A DNA stretch of 64,000 bases from Phoronis australis (GCA_002633005.1 NMRA01000287.1:80847-144846), one strand, 5' to 3'. Numbered from the stretch's first letter, positions 1 to 13,499 are shown. Notes: generated by a model not told the origin, from the letters alone. Numbers and translations are program-made.

Positions 1-3000
1 ATACACACTAGCTTTCTACCATGTGCAGCTCTGTACAAAGCCAATGAAACTTTCAGAAAGGTCACACACGATTTTACATGTGTATTGGATACACTGCCGT
101 GAATTTTCAATGAGAGCACGCATTTTCTCGCCGTGAGTCGGCTACCGAATTCTACGCATGTGCTCTGTACGGAAATACGTGACAAGTAATGGACGTACCT
201 GGCGCTGTACCAAAAGTAAATCTCAATGAGGAATGTGTAATATTTACTCACTGGGCGGCTGCTTCACACAGGTCAATTGCCGATAACTCGTCCTTACTTA
301 TCTCCAATAAAGTGTTGCAGCATTGTAAATAAGTAATAACGCCGACCCATTTTCAAACAGGAATTGAAATATTATGATCATTTCTGTTAGATCCGTTAGG
401 TAAGCACATCCAGCAGTTCAAAGGCTTATTAACAAACAAAATGGTGATTCAGTTCAATCAATCGCCAACATTTTTCGTTCTTTTAAGCTGCGTTCGCACC
501 GTTTCGCTAGCTTAAAATCGAAAATCGAATTAGGCCTTTTCCCTCATACAATTAGTCTCATGACACCCTTTACCTTTACCGTGGTAGGATTTTATTTAAG
601 TTACCAACCAAAGCATCGAGACGACCAGTGCTTCAAGAGAGTACTTCAGTTGTGCCACCCCTAAAACTGCGAACTCGAAAATGGTGGCATTGTCTGTGAC
701 CTGCTTGGTATATACATATTGCCTGTGACCTGCTAGCTCACTCGGCACCATTTCAATATCGAATGAGCTTGATTACGTTACCAAGTACCAAAGTGATTCG
801 TTTAAGAATTCAACATTGACAGCTAAACGATGTCTAAGTGCCTCTGTAACTATGAACCTGGGTCAATATTCATGAAGTCCTTCCGAATCGCTGACTGCTA
901 AATTTCATTTCACAAAACTTTTCTAAATCTATTTGTAGTTAATTACATTACTTCATGAAGTTGCCTGTATCACGGGTTACCGCCGAACCCGTGTATGAAA
1001 CCTATATCAAACTCTGATTAAAACAGCACAGCATGTGAAAACACACAAAACAAATAGGGAAACGCGACGAAAAACGACAAACAACTTCAAAGACTCCAGT
1101 GTATTGAGGTGCATTACAAGCATTGAATAGGCCCCTATTTGACGTAAAGTACTGGTATGTCCTTGTTGAACACAATGGTATGTATAGTGATGCCGAGTCT
1201 TTTCACACTGCTGCTACCAAAGATCACGTGCAGTGTTCTACAAGCCTTCATTTCATCAGTCATTGCAGTCAACCAAGCAACGCTAGGACAACACCGCTCA
1301 AGACATCATTGGTGATTTCCAGGGGTATTAACCAAAAAGTTAATTTAACACAATTTATTTTAAACAAAGTTCAGCTGTATCCATTGACAACTTGAAAACG
1401 TGAAAACAAAAAAAAAACTAATGACGTAGGTCGGGAGATCACATAGCCCGCTTCATGCAGTGTTATATCCCAGCACCACATCACGATACTTACAGAACAC
1501 GGATCAGGATTTGCGGCAAATCACTTCCGCCACAACTTTCTTACAACATGGTCGCTATATGTTGTGTTTCTAACTAAACTGGCCAAACAATCACAGAAAT
1601 AAGGAATTCACCTGAAACTAGACATGCTTCAAACTACACAGAACATGTTTAGGTCATTCGGGCCATACCAGACTTACATAATACTGCATGACTGAAGAGT
1701 GAATACCTACAGATAATCCATGAAGGACTAGACACACTTCAGCAACAAATATCCGCTTAAGACAACGACAAATAAAAGTGCATTATTCTCAAATCGAGAA
1801 CCTATTTCTTACAGAAGAGTTTAAGATGACGCAAAACAGGCTTCGTTCGGAAGGCTTCATGAATAACTTAAAAACAACCTAAGAAGCCTTGAGCTGGCAA
1901 GAGTACGAGCCCAAGTGGCATGCTGCACGCCAACGCTTAGCCATTCTCGTTACCAACAATTCCACAGCGTTCTCAGCGTAACATTCTAGAAACTGGCGTT
2001 CACCGAGCAGCCGAAGTCAGTAACAACAACGAGAGATGTAACTAAACAACGAGTGTGGACAGCCTTATGGTGCATGTTAGCTATTGCTAGAAACAGTGAC
2101 ACCTACTGGTACGGTACAAGTTATTAGCAGCAGGATCGTACTTATAGAGCGTTCGGGTTAGGCCTACAACTGGGCTTCGGGTAATGGTTAAGCACAGCCG
2201 CGCATGAGACTTCTGAAATTGTCTCACAAACTGTCACTGCTAAGTTTCTATGGTAACCATTAAGACGAGCATTATAGATGCTAGTTTAGCAGCTTTATAG
2301 CCAATGTGTCACTGGTTAGAATACCGAAGTTGCACGTGCGGGTGTATATACTGGCCTTGTTTCCACGGTTAACTATGTGAGTGTAAACTTCATGGGAATG
2401 TAATCTAAACTATTCCTCTTGCGGATGGGGAACGTTTCACTCTCATTCCTTCCACAATAACATAACAAACAATGAGATTCGAAGTAAACGTTATATATAA
2501 GCCCCGATTTTGCGTCATGAAGAATTTCACCTCAACAGCTATAGAGAATATAGAGTGGAGAAATGGTAAAACTGATTGGAACAGGGGCGCAATCTCCCAC
2601 CAGTTTCTACGACCCTTGACTGATTCATATAGAGTACAGCTTACATTGGAGAGACAGCAGAATGTCTGTTGGTTTATTCAGCTGCCCGAGTTGAGTTGGA
2701 ACAGTTTCCGACTATATATTATAATCAGCTAGCTCGCGAACGCTGGCTAGGTTCCCGCATATATCAACATGTTCAATATGGAAGACTCAAATAACAAAGA
2801 CGAATTTAGCACTCACTTTCTGGAACTGATAGGCTCAGCGGGTGAGAACTGTTGGCCTGCTGAAACGATTATAACTGGAATTAACGTATCAAATATCACA
2901 AACCTGCTCGCCCGTGCAGGCCAGAGAGCTATTGTCAGTAAATCGACACTTAGAGAGAGTGACTACCGTCCTTAGGTGGCCCCAGAGAGAGGAGGAAGCT

Positions 3001-6000
3001 CCAATACGTCGAATTATGCCTAATTAAAACATCGAAGTCACGTTAATATAAGTACCTTTTTCGCAAAAAGGGGTACCTTAGGAGGCCGTCGATGTCTTTA
3101 AGTCATTCCAACTCGAACAAATACTGCGGTAATAAAACCTTTTCTTCGAACAGTCCTTCGTTCAGTTGCCCAAATCGGCAACAGGCCATTCTTTTGAGCG
3201 CGCTCTTACAGTATTTTCAACGGGTTCGCCAGGATCCAGCAGTGGCCAGGTAGAGGCGGTGGCCTGTCTAAGGCCGACTCTCAAACTCTGCGCCATAGTC
3301 CACCAGAGAGTGGTAAAACAAGAAAATCTCCAAAATGCATGTCTTAACCACTTACCTGAAGACCCACTACCAGTGCTGTATCTAAATAGGAACACGGATC
3401 CAGGAACACTTCCTCAGAACAGGTGAAACTGATTAACAACGCTACAACACCGACCCTTGTACGTTTGAATTCTCTCAGAGTGACCGCACCTTCAACACAA
3501 CGGGTTTATGTCGGTCCAGGAACCACAGAATGTGAGAGAAACGAGGATGGTAGCACTGAAGTCCCATACAATTTAAAAACAGGTTACTATAGGCGGGTGG
3601 TTTGAGGAGTGTGTTGAAAAGAATTGCCAGTAAACTGATTTACTTGTGTTTTTGAAAGAGAAAAGCCAAGTTTTCTTGCCTTGACCTACTTTCGATGCAA
3701 AATGGTGGCTGTCATTTGCTTTCAACCCCTGTCGCTTGAGGAGAAACCGGGTGCGATTTCAGGTGTCTGTCCAAACAGATCAAAATTGCCAAAAAAGTAG
3801 CTGGTTGTTTGTTTCGGATTTACATGGGTTAATGTATCTAAACTGATTCATAGATGTTTTTGACAATAGGAAGACGGTATAATGCTTCAATGAACTTAGT
3901 TGCAGGCTGAAGTTGGAAAAATCTCTATCATCCGTTCTCCAAATAACTAAGTACATAAAACGATTTTTGTCGAACATTGAAAGTTTTTACTGAAATACGG
4001 ACTGTTCTACAGAGTGTCTCAAAAATGTACTCAAATGACAATAAATGCATTGTTCCTTGACAAAATTAATGATTTATATTCAAAAACAGGAGATCGAAAA
4101 CGATTTAAGTCTCTAATTATTCAGTGACGTAGGATTATTGTTGTTTAAATTCTCAGATGTCTGATCACTAAGCCTTAAATACAAGCGAACATTTCAAATA
4201 TTTTTTGTGACTATTTTAATAGTTTTTGAACAATAATTAGAACTCTACAACCTTGAAATATCAAAAATATCTTAGAAAATGTTTTCGAAAAAGTGCTCTC
4301 AAACCTAACTTTTTGCGAGTATAAATTGTTGAGATACATTCGAAACAGTTTTTATGACACGTGTTGGCAAGAAATAAGCAAAATTACCGGAACCGATAGG
4401 CCAAAATTACGGATCTGAGAAAAACGAGAGTGATCCGGATTTTTTTCATAAACCAGTCCACTTTTCTGCAGTAATTCGCCGAAAGATCTGTGATTGAAGA
4501 GGAAACCATGCATTGCATGTTTGTGACCGGATTTCAATCATTTTCTTGTAAAAAAAAATAATTTGCCGATTAATACTGTATAACCGGTGGTTGATATTCG
4601 AGAATCAGCTTGTGTATTTATAGAATCGTGGTTCAGACGCAAAATAGAATACGAGATGCGTTGATTAAAAAAATCGTACAGGAAATATTGTCTCATGGTT
4701 TGCGAAACTGGAAAGCAATAATCAGGGGTTGGAAACTAGATGCAAGAAAATGTCGTCAGAAATCTGACGAACGATTAATAGCTTATCAGAAAGTTGATAG
4801 TGAATTGAGCATCACGAAAACTTTGCTTCACAAGCACGCGGTTTTAGTTTCATTTTTACTTGATAATAATACATGCTTCAATTGAAGTAAAATCGTAAAC
4901 CGAACGGTAATGTTATTCATGTCAAAGAGCGGAACAGAAGGGGACTAGAACACAGAGCTGTCATAGTGACACGGTGTTTGTGATACGGTGTATTAACTCT
5001 TCACCGTGCAAGGTATTCACCAGCTTCATCATCATCGGTGCCGCGCCTACATGTCCTTAGAGGCACAATTGACTTGGACAGACCGAGCATTATGACAACT
5101 GGAGTTGGTTGGCTTTAACTGCTGCTTGACGGTCCTCAAAATTTGCTACTTTGACCAGTGATATCAAACCTTCTTTATCATTATCTGCAATGTCGGAGGA
5201 TACTTAATTTCATATCTTAGTGGATTGTTCGTAGTCAAATTTAAGGCCATCAGTATAGCAGACGGGGTGTTGGGCAGTGAGATTGAAACACTTGCCATGA
5301 GCAACCAACTCTCCTCCTGACCCCGCCAATTACCAACATTTTAACTCAACAAGGTGTCCATTTGCCCCTCCGGTTGTCAGTGAACCCATATAAGCATGTT
5401 ACCCCACAACTCGACTGTACTGTCCCATCGCACAAAATCAGATAGCCCTAAGAGTTATATATTGATAGCACATTGAAACAGGGGTCGCACTTGATACGTC
5501 GACAACTCAAAAGCCCTGATAATACTTCATGGCCCTAACTTGAAATGAAACTGCATGTAGTCCCATGAATACGGCTTCTGTAGGCTCAGCCGTACATGAT
5601 CGCACTGTAAAGTTTCTGGCAACAGAAATTACGGACTTTTGAATTGTTTGCTGAGTCCTCATGATGGCTCATGAAACTTTGCAGGAGATGTGAAATAAAT
5701 TGTACTTCACGCAGCCACATTAGCCAGCTGAAGTGCCGTCCACACAGCCGGTCTTGCCCCCGAACAAGTTACTCCTGGAACGAGTTGTCGGTAGGTTTGA
5801 GGGCTGTTTGCACGCTATTAAACTAGCACAACTTGCACCACTAAAGACAACTTATTCCTCCTTATCGAGGTTGGTTAACACGTTCTAGGGTAACTAGCCC
5901 CTCTTGTAATCACCGTTTTGGTCGCAATAGTGGGCTAGGGCGGAAATTATTATTAGTTGCGGTTAGATGTATACGAGTTTTCTTTTGTGCGCCGTATTCA

Positions 6001-7374
6001 CATCATTGTCACACACAGAGCGACAACTGCCGCCTAACACTAGTTATCGGAAGAGTGTGTGTTTGTGTGTGTGTATGTGTTTGTGAGCGTGTGCGTGTGC
6101 GTGTGCTTGTGTTAAGACATGGTTAATTTTCGACGACGACTTCCAGCTTATGAAGCCAATGTCAAAATTTGCTTTCAGAGTTTGATTCTGTATAACAACA
6201 AAGCCGTCTCACTATCGCTCTAACTTGGGATTGTTAAACAAAGCTGTTGACGTCACGCAACAAAGTTCCTGTGGATAAGATAATTAAGAGTATTATGAGA
6301 CCCTGCCCAGATGTGGAAATGTAATCGGNAGCATGTGAAAACACACAAAACAAATAGGGAAACGCGACGAAAAACGACAAACAACTTCAAAGACTCCAGT
6401 GTATTGAGGTGCATTACAAGCATTGAATAGGCCCCTATTTGACGTAAAGTACTGGTATGTCCTTGTTGAACACAATGGTATGTATAGTGATGCCGAGTCT
6501 TTTCACACTGCTGCTACCAAAGATCACGTGCAGTGTTCTACAAGCCTTCATTTCATCAGTCATTGCAGTCAACCAAGCAACGCTAGGACAACACCGCTCA
6601 AGACATCATTGGTGATTTCCAGGGGTATTAACCAAAAAGTTAATTTAACACAATTTATTTTAAACAAAGTTCAGCTGTATCCATTGACAACTTGAAAACG
6701 TGAAAACAAAAAAATCTAATGACGTAGGTCGGGAGATCACATAGCCCGCTTCATGCAGTGTTATACCCCAGCACCACATCACGATACTTACAGAACACGG
6801 ATCAGGATTTGCGGCAAATCACTTCCGCCACAACTTTCTTACACGGTCGCTATATGTTGTGTTTCTAACTAAACTGGCCAAACAATCACAGAAATAAGGA
6901 ATTCACCTGAAACTAGACATGCTTCAAACTACACAGAACATGTTTAGGTCATTCGGGCCATACCAGACTTACATAATACTGCATAACTGAAGAGTGAATA
7001 CCTACAGATAATCCATGAAGGACTAGACACACTTCAGCAACAAATATCCGCTTAAGACAACGACAAATAAAAGTGCATTATTCTCAAATCGAGAACCTAT
7101 TTCTTACAGAAGAGATAGGATGACGCAAAACAGGCTTCGTTCGGAAGGCTTCATGAATAACTTAAAAACAACCTAAGAAGCCTTGAGCTGGCAAGAGTAC
7201 GAGCCCAAGTGACATGCTGCATGCCAACGCTTAGCCATTCTCGTTACCAACAATTCCACAGCGTTCTCAGCGTATCATTCTAGAAATTGGCGTTCACCGA
7301 GCAGCCGAAGTCAGTAACAACAACCAGAGATGTAACTAAACAACGAGTGTGGACAGCCTTAGGGTGCATGTTAG

Positions 7375-7412
7375 CTATTGCCAAAGATACTATATAAAAT
7401 CTTTGCTATTGC
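7375..7412. mobile_element. 24-bp insertion CAAAGAT...ATCTTTG (7382-7405) with 7-bp TSD ctattgc
   Basis: Absent at the matching site of copy 1 (~2081), which has a single ctattgc. Confidence 0.8.
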
Positions 7413-9310
7413 TAGAAAGAGTGACACCTACTGGTACAGTACTCGTTATTAGCAGCAGGATCGTACTTTTAGAGCGTTCGGGTTAGGCCTACAACTGGGC
7501 TTAGGGTAATGGTTAAGCACAGCCGCGCATGAGACTTCTGAAATTGTCTCACAAACTGTCACTGCTAAGTTTCTATGGTAACCATTAAGACGAGCATTAT
7601 AGATGCTAGTTTAGTAGCTTTATGTGTTATTGGTTAGAATACCGAAGTTGCACGTGCGGGTGTATATACTGGACTTGTTTCCACGTTTAACTATGTGAGT
7701 GTAAACTTTATGAGAATGTAATCTAAACTATTCATCTTGCGGATGGGGAACGTTTCACTCTCATTCCTTCCACAATAACATAACAAACAATGAGATTCGA
7801 AGTAAACGTTATACATAAGCCACGATTTTGCGTCATGAAGAATTTCACATCAACAGCTATAAAGAATATAGAGGGGAGAAATGGTAAAAATGATTGGAAC
7901 AGGGGCGCAATCTCCCACCAGTTTCTACGACCCTTGACTGAATTCATATACAGTACAGCTTACATTGGAGAGACAGCAGAATGTCTGTTGGTTTATTCAG
8001 CTGCCCGAGTTGAGTTGGAACAGTTTCCGACTATATATTATAATCAGCTTGCTCGCGAACGCTGGCTAGGTTCCCGCATATCTCAACATGTTCAATATGG
8101 AAGACTCAAATAACAAAGACAAATTTAGCACTCACTTTCTGGAACTGATAGGCTCAGCGGGTGAGAACTGTTGGCCTGCTGAAACGATTATTACTGGAAT
8201 TAACGTATCAAATATCACAAACCTGCTCGCCCGTGCAGGCCAGAGAGCTATTGTCAGTAAATCGACACTTAGAGAGAGTGACTACCGTCCTTAGGTGGCC
8301 CCAGTAGAGACGGTGAAGCTCCAATACGCCTTAAGCTTTTCGTCGAATTATGCCTAATTAAAACATAAAAGTCACGTTAATATAAGTACCTTTTTCGCAA
8401 AAAGGGGTACCTTAGGAGGCCGTCGATGTCTTTAAGTCATTCCAACTCGAACAAATACTGCAGTAATAAAACCTTTCCTTCGAACAGTCCTTCGTTCAGT
8501 TGCCCAAATCGGCAACTGGCCATTCTTTACAATGAGCGCGCTCTTATTTTCAACGGGTTCGCCAGGATCCAGCCGTGGCCAGCTAGAGGCGGTGGTCTGT
8601 CTAATCGACTTTCAAACCCAGCGCCATAGTCCACCACAGAGTGGCAAAACAAGAAAATCTCCAAAATGCATGTCTTAACCACTTACCTGAAGACCCACTA
8701 CCGATGCTGTATCTAATTAGGAACACGGATCCAGGAACACTTCCTCAGAACAGGTGAAACTGATTTACTACGCTACCACACCGACCCTTGTACGTTTGAA
8801 TTCTCTCAGAGTGACCGCACCTTCAACACAACGGGTTAATGTCGGTCCAGGAACCACAGAATGTTAGAGAAACGAGGATGGTAGCACTAAGTTCCATACA
8901 ATTTAAAAACAGGTTAGGCGGGTGGTTTGAGGAGTGTGTTGAAAAGAATTGCCGATAAACTGATTTACTTGTGTTTTTGAATGAGAAAAGCCTAGTTTTT
9001 TAGCCTTGACCTACTTTCGATGCAAAATGGTGGCTGTCATTTGCTTTCAACCCCTGCCGCTTGCGGAGAAACCGCCGGGTGCGATTTCAGGTGTCTGTCA
9101 AACAGATCAAAATTGCCAAAAAAGTAGCTGGTTGTTTGTTTCGGATTTGCATGGGTTTATGTATCTAAACTGATTCATAGATGTTTTTGACAATAGGAAG
9201 ACGGTATAATGCTTCAATGAACTTAGTTGCAGGCTGAAGTTGGAAAAATCTGTATCATCCGTTCTCCAAATAACTAAGTGCCGCCTTACACTAGTTATCG
9301 GAAGAGTGCC

Positions 9311-9341
9311 GTGTGTTTGTGTGTTTGTTTGTTTGTTTGTT

Positions 9342-9393
<52 letters not shown>

Positions 9394-9400
9394 CGTGTGC
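9311..9400. repeat. Compound microsatellite (TTTG)n(TG)n
   Basis: Read directly. A shorter, imperfect allele lies at ~6055-6110. Confidence 0.95.
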
Positions 9401-9783
9401 TTGTGTTAAGACATGGTTAATTCTCGACGACGACTTCCAGCTTATGAAGCCTATGTCAAAATTTGCTTTCAGAGAGTCTGATTGCATAAGACGTATTCTG
9501 TATAACAACAAAGCCATCTCACTATCGCTCTAACTTGGGATTGTTCAACAAAGCTGTTGACGTCACGCAACAAACTTCCTGTGGATAAGATAATTAAGAG
9601 TATTATGAGACCCTGCCCAGATGTGGAAATGTAATCGGCAATCTCAATGCACTGTTTCTTAGTTTGTAGTAGTCGCATGCGAACGGTGCGTTTGGAGTGA
9701 AAACTGCAGAATTTGGGAATTTTGGCTCGCATTTAAGTCGGCCGCGGGTTGCATTTGTGCCGAAGTCTTAAAAGTTGGGAAAT

Positions 9784-9939
9784 CAGGGGCGGATCCAGGA
9801 TTTTTTTAGGGGGGCAGGGCATAGTATTAACCAAGATTTTGCTCGTCAGACATTCGCAACCCCAAATTGCCAAATGGATTCTGGTAGAGTTTTAGGGGAG
9901 CCATGGCCCCCTTGGCCCCCCCTTCTAAATCCGCCACAG
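9784..9939. mobile_element. MITE-like element with ends GGCGGAT...ATCCGCC
   Basis: Inverted termini. Internal sequence (agtattanccangatttt...ccaaatggaat) is shared with 54786-54963 and 62976-63140. Confidence 0.75.
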
Positions 9940-10798
9940 GAAATTCCCTTTAGAATTAGCTTGATGGGACTTTGAGCATGCTTTTTATACTCATTTGACC
10001 AGCATTTTGTTTATAGTTTCAGGTTTTGTACACTTCGTGGACGGGAAACCCCAAATCGGCAAAATTGTTGAGAGCAAGCGCCACGCGAATCCTGCTTCCT
10101 GGACCACTTCAAATGGTCATTTCACTATGAATGATGACGTAAACACAGTCTGTCAGGAGCATTTGCTGCGTCTTGCAAAATTTACCAGGATAAAAACACG
10201 GCGCGCTGCTGACTCGCATGTCTTTTGTACCGTGCTGGGCGGTCAGTGTGGGCCTATAATAGTGATTGAGTGCATAAACCGCTGTGTGTTGTGAGTTTTC
10301 TACCTTGTTTAGCGGTCCGTCAGTGAGCCGTGTTGGCCGCTGAACAAAAGTTCTTCAGGTGCGAAGTTGTGTTAGTACAAAGGACCAGCGTTATGTGTAT
10401 GGATACTGTGTTGATCGGGTAGCCTCCTGAATGAATCATTCATCATGTGTCCATCATTTTGACCCATTTCAGTGGAGCTGAAGTGGAGCGTGTTCCGTGG
10501 AGACGAGATGTGAAGCGTGTGATCTCAGTAGCGACCTACCTTGGGCTACTGTGTACGCAGCTACACCACGAGGTATGCAAAACCAAAAAAAGGAAGCGTA
10601 GCCGAAGCCAAAGACTTCACGAACCTTGCACAAAGTTCAATAAAACCGATTCCATAGTGACTTTTACTATTACCGTATGATTTTGTTCTTGTTTTGTTTA
10701 CTTTTGGTGTTTTTACTCAATATTATGTTCTCCTTAAGCAAGTAATTGTTTTATAGTTAAAAGCCTGAATATAATGATACGCTTTCTGTGCAAAATAT

Positions 10799-11005
10799 TT
10801 TTATACCACAATATTAGCGTCAAATGGCAAACACAACCGTTTAATAACCCATTTAGTTATCTCACTAGTGAGATAACATTTTGTCGGGAAACCGAGGCTG
10901 GATTCGAACCCGGGACTCAAGGGTTTCGTGTCGCCGACTTTACCACTACACCACTCAGAGGCTGACGTCATCGAACGTGGAAATGGACTACTCAGTTAAA
11001 TGAGC
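10799..11005 (-). mobile_element. Dispersed repeat with tRNA-derived Pol III A/B boxes (SINE-like) and a 22-bp perfect palindrome
   Basis: Minus-strand TGGTGTAGTGG (10943-10953) and GGTTCGAATCC (10900-10910). Palindrome gttatctcactagtgagataac at 10856-10877. Second copy at 61727-61930. Confidence 0.75.
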
Positions 11006-11556
11006 CTCGCTGGTTCCCTGCGTGCTTAGCCCAGGCAGCACGCAGGTATTACGCAGTGGCGCACGCGCTTTAGCATTGGTCGACGTAATTGGTTAGCTTT
11101 ACAACACCGTGAAAAAATGGCGGACTGTTAGCCTTGTCATGCAAGCGGCGTCGCAGCAAATGTTTCGTTTCTGCAGTGATGTTTAATAGCCGCGTGCTTG
11201 AAGCACATACATGTACAATAAACACATATCTGGCCGATTTAACAGGTCAGTGTTTAGGAACAATGACTAGTGTAATACGTAAGGTTTCTTGATTACTTAG
11301 TCAAGAAATCGCTGATTGTATGGAACCGTACCTGAAGAATCTCCCTTGATGAGTAATAATAACAAAAGGAAAATAAGCATGCAGCTGGAAATTCTCGGTG
11401 CAAACTCTCGCCGCTAATCTCGGAGTTGCAAGCTCTAATAACAGAATACATAGCTCACGTGCTGGAGTTGGCAATCCAGGGCTAGAGTTGTGTGGTACGG
11501 AGAACCAATAAAAACAAAGACATCCAAATTCACAGTAGGTGCCGACCTTGCCCACA

Positions 11557-11618
11557 GCCTCGTCCCCAAGCCTCAAGATGGCGCTGAAGGGCGTCATCTT
11601 GAGGCTGGGGAACGAGGC
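11557..11618. repeat. GC-rich foldback (miniature inverted repeat)
   Basis: Arms gcctcgt-cccc-agcctcaagatg and catcttgaggct-gggg-acgaggc. Confidence 0.8.
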
Positions 11619-12102
11619 GCAGAGGCTGACGTTGTCCACTTTGTCTCAATCTGGTTCCCAGTTCTCACACGTCTGAGATAGCGTTTGAGGCAATCTAGAG
11701 GGTCTGTACAGGAGACAAAGTGTGTGAGAGAGTTGCCTGAATTTCCTGCAGAATCATTGGCGGATCTACGATGCCGTAATGGGTGCCACCTCACAATTTG
11801 TGTATGAAAATGTCCTCGAGCACCCCCATTTTTAGGCTGGGTGCGCGTTTGGATATGTACTTAACTAGAAGCTGCGAGCTCAGCGATATTACGCTGACTT
11901 CAAAAACTTTGAAGTTTAATACTATTCAATGAATTCTTGAAGGAAGTAGTAATTTTGAAGATTAAATTATAACTTTCAGACTTCCACTTTTCAGAATTTA
12001 CCCGGCGATATGCTAGTAACGAAGTGAATAGTCAACGTTGGAATGGAGAGTTCTCTAACTAAACTGCAGGGGGTGCTCTTATACGCTGTGAAATGTAACA
12101 AT

Positions 12103-12136
12103 TTTGTAAAATGTAACAACTGTTACATTTTACAAA
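12103..12136. repeat. Palindrome within a cluster of tgtaac/gttaca inverted repeats (~12085-12255)
   Basis: tttgtaaaatgtaaca-ac-tgttacattttacaaa. Confidence 0.8.
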
Positions 12137-12588
12137 GTTGTCACAGTTTACGTTGCAAGGGCTCTCCTAAAATGTAACTAGTTGTTATATTTTACGTAAT
12201 TGTTACATTTTATGTCGAATGCACATGCGAGAAATCTACCATTGTTATATTTTACGAAACCATCACGAACAAGTGGTTTCTGACACGGCCGGGGATGCTT
12301 AAGTATTTTGTACAAGTGTTGCCGCCCGAGAATTTGGATACCTACCCATTTAGAGAGTGTGCTAGGACAAATAAGTGACCCATTTAAAGAGTAATTTTGT
12401 GTTAAACTTCACATTTTTGCACAGTTCTGTTCCAGAAATTCAGAAAAAGCACCCTTTTAGATAGCATTTTGTCGAAAATGGCACCATTTCGAATTATATT
12501 GTTTGTTGTAAAAACACCCTTTTTGCAGTATTTTTGTATACATCCTCTATAGGAATACCCCGAGCTGACACGGCATGGATTTGGCTAC

Positions 12589-12668
12589 CATTATCATTAT
12601 CATTATTACTATTACTATTACTGTTATCATTATCAGTTCCAGTACCATTGTCATTATCATTATCATTA
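12589..12668. repeat. (TCATTA)n-type microsatellite
   Basis: Read directly; explains ORFs 12494 and 12534. Confidence 0.85.
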
Positions 12669-13499
12669 ACAGTATTGCGTTTATTTAACGAAAACATACA
12701 CAATGCATGCTTAGCTAAGTGCTAATACATCACGGTCCTCAAAAATTTTAAAATCATCTAATATTTGGCTCAACGTTTTCACCGGGCTTCCTAAAATGGA
12801 TAGCGAGTGTAGTTTCAAAAGGGTTTTAAAACTGTTAAAGGATGTTGTGAGAAACGCCTTGACAGCTGTGCATCCAGATACTTTTTGGAAACGTCGGCAA
12901 GCAGTTGGCCTCGAAAGACTGAATTCAACCGCGGTACGTTTTGTATTTATTCCATACGCTTCGAATTCTTAAATTTCTTATATTTTTTCGGCAGATTTTT
13001 AAATATTTCACACAGACTGTTCACGTGGCGGTGGTGGTAATAAACTTTATTTACTGAGGACGAAGTACAATTGACATTAAAAACATGCTTCAGCTAAAGG
13101 CATGGTCTTCTCACAGCAATAATAAATCAAATAAAACAAGATTGATCAATAGATAAAATTAAGTTACATTTAATTAAAATAAATGTTTTACAAATTGAAT
13201 TTACAAACTGAATTAAAAATAAATAAATTGATTAAATAAATTAAATAAAAACTTTAAAACTTTCATATGGTATCTACAATTGCTACAATGAAGGGACGAA
13301 GGGAGAGACAAAATGAGCTATGATGACCACGTCCAAAGGTAACTGATGAGTTTGTGTCTGACGTCATCACAACCATCAGCCTCCTTTAGACTATATGGCA
13401 CGTCGTTAAACTGTTGAATGGCCTGAATCAAAGGGACTTATTGTAAAACGACGTTCTCTGTCTAGACACAACAAAATTGAGGAAGAAAATCTTGTCCTA

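Larger units (their letters stand above)
1030..9638. repeat. Tandem near-duplicate (1030-6328 and 6330-9638) joined by a single N; probably two haplotypes
   Basis: Both copies start agcatgtgaaaacac and end gtaatcgg, and ORFs 1123..1395 and 6423..6695 are identical. Copy 1 has an extra 3953-6028; scattered SNPs and indels elsewhere. Confidence 0.9.

Noticed and set aside
1123-2403. Frame +1 reads protein-like if TAA/TAG are read as Gln (alternative genetic code idea)
   Set aside because: I count 16 stops in 427 codons, including 2 TGA, which is near random for this composition. Other frames look equally protein-like, and the ITIH gene ends in TAA.
1123-6695. Identical 90-aa ORFs at 1123 and 6423 as a duplicated gene
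   Set aside because: The identity comes from the overlap around N6329; the ORF has a non-ATG start and no recognisable domain.
9107-9533. ORFs of 136 and 97 aa
   Set aside because: Kept open by the (TG)n microsatellite.
9980-10740. Possible solo LTR (TATA-like at 10257, AATAAA at 10638)
   Set aside because: No TG...CA termini, TSD or second copy could be identified.
10885-10960. Functional tRNA gene
   Set aside because: A and B boxes are present, but acceptor and anticodon stems do not pair and the two copies differ there.
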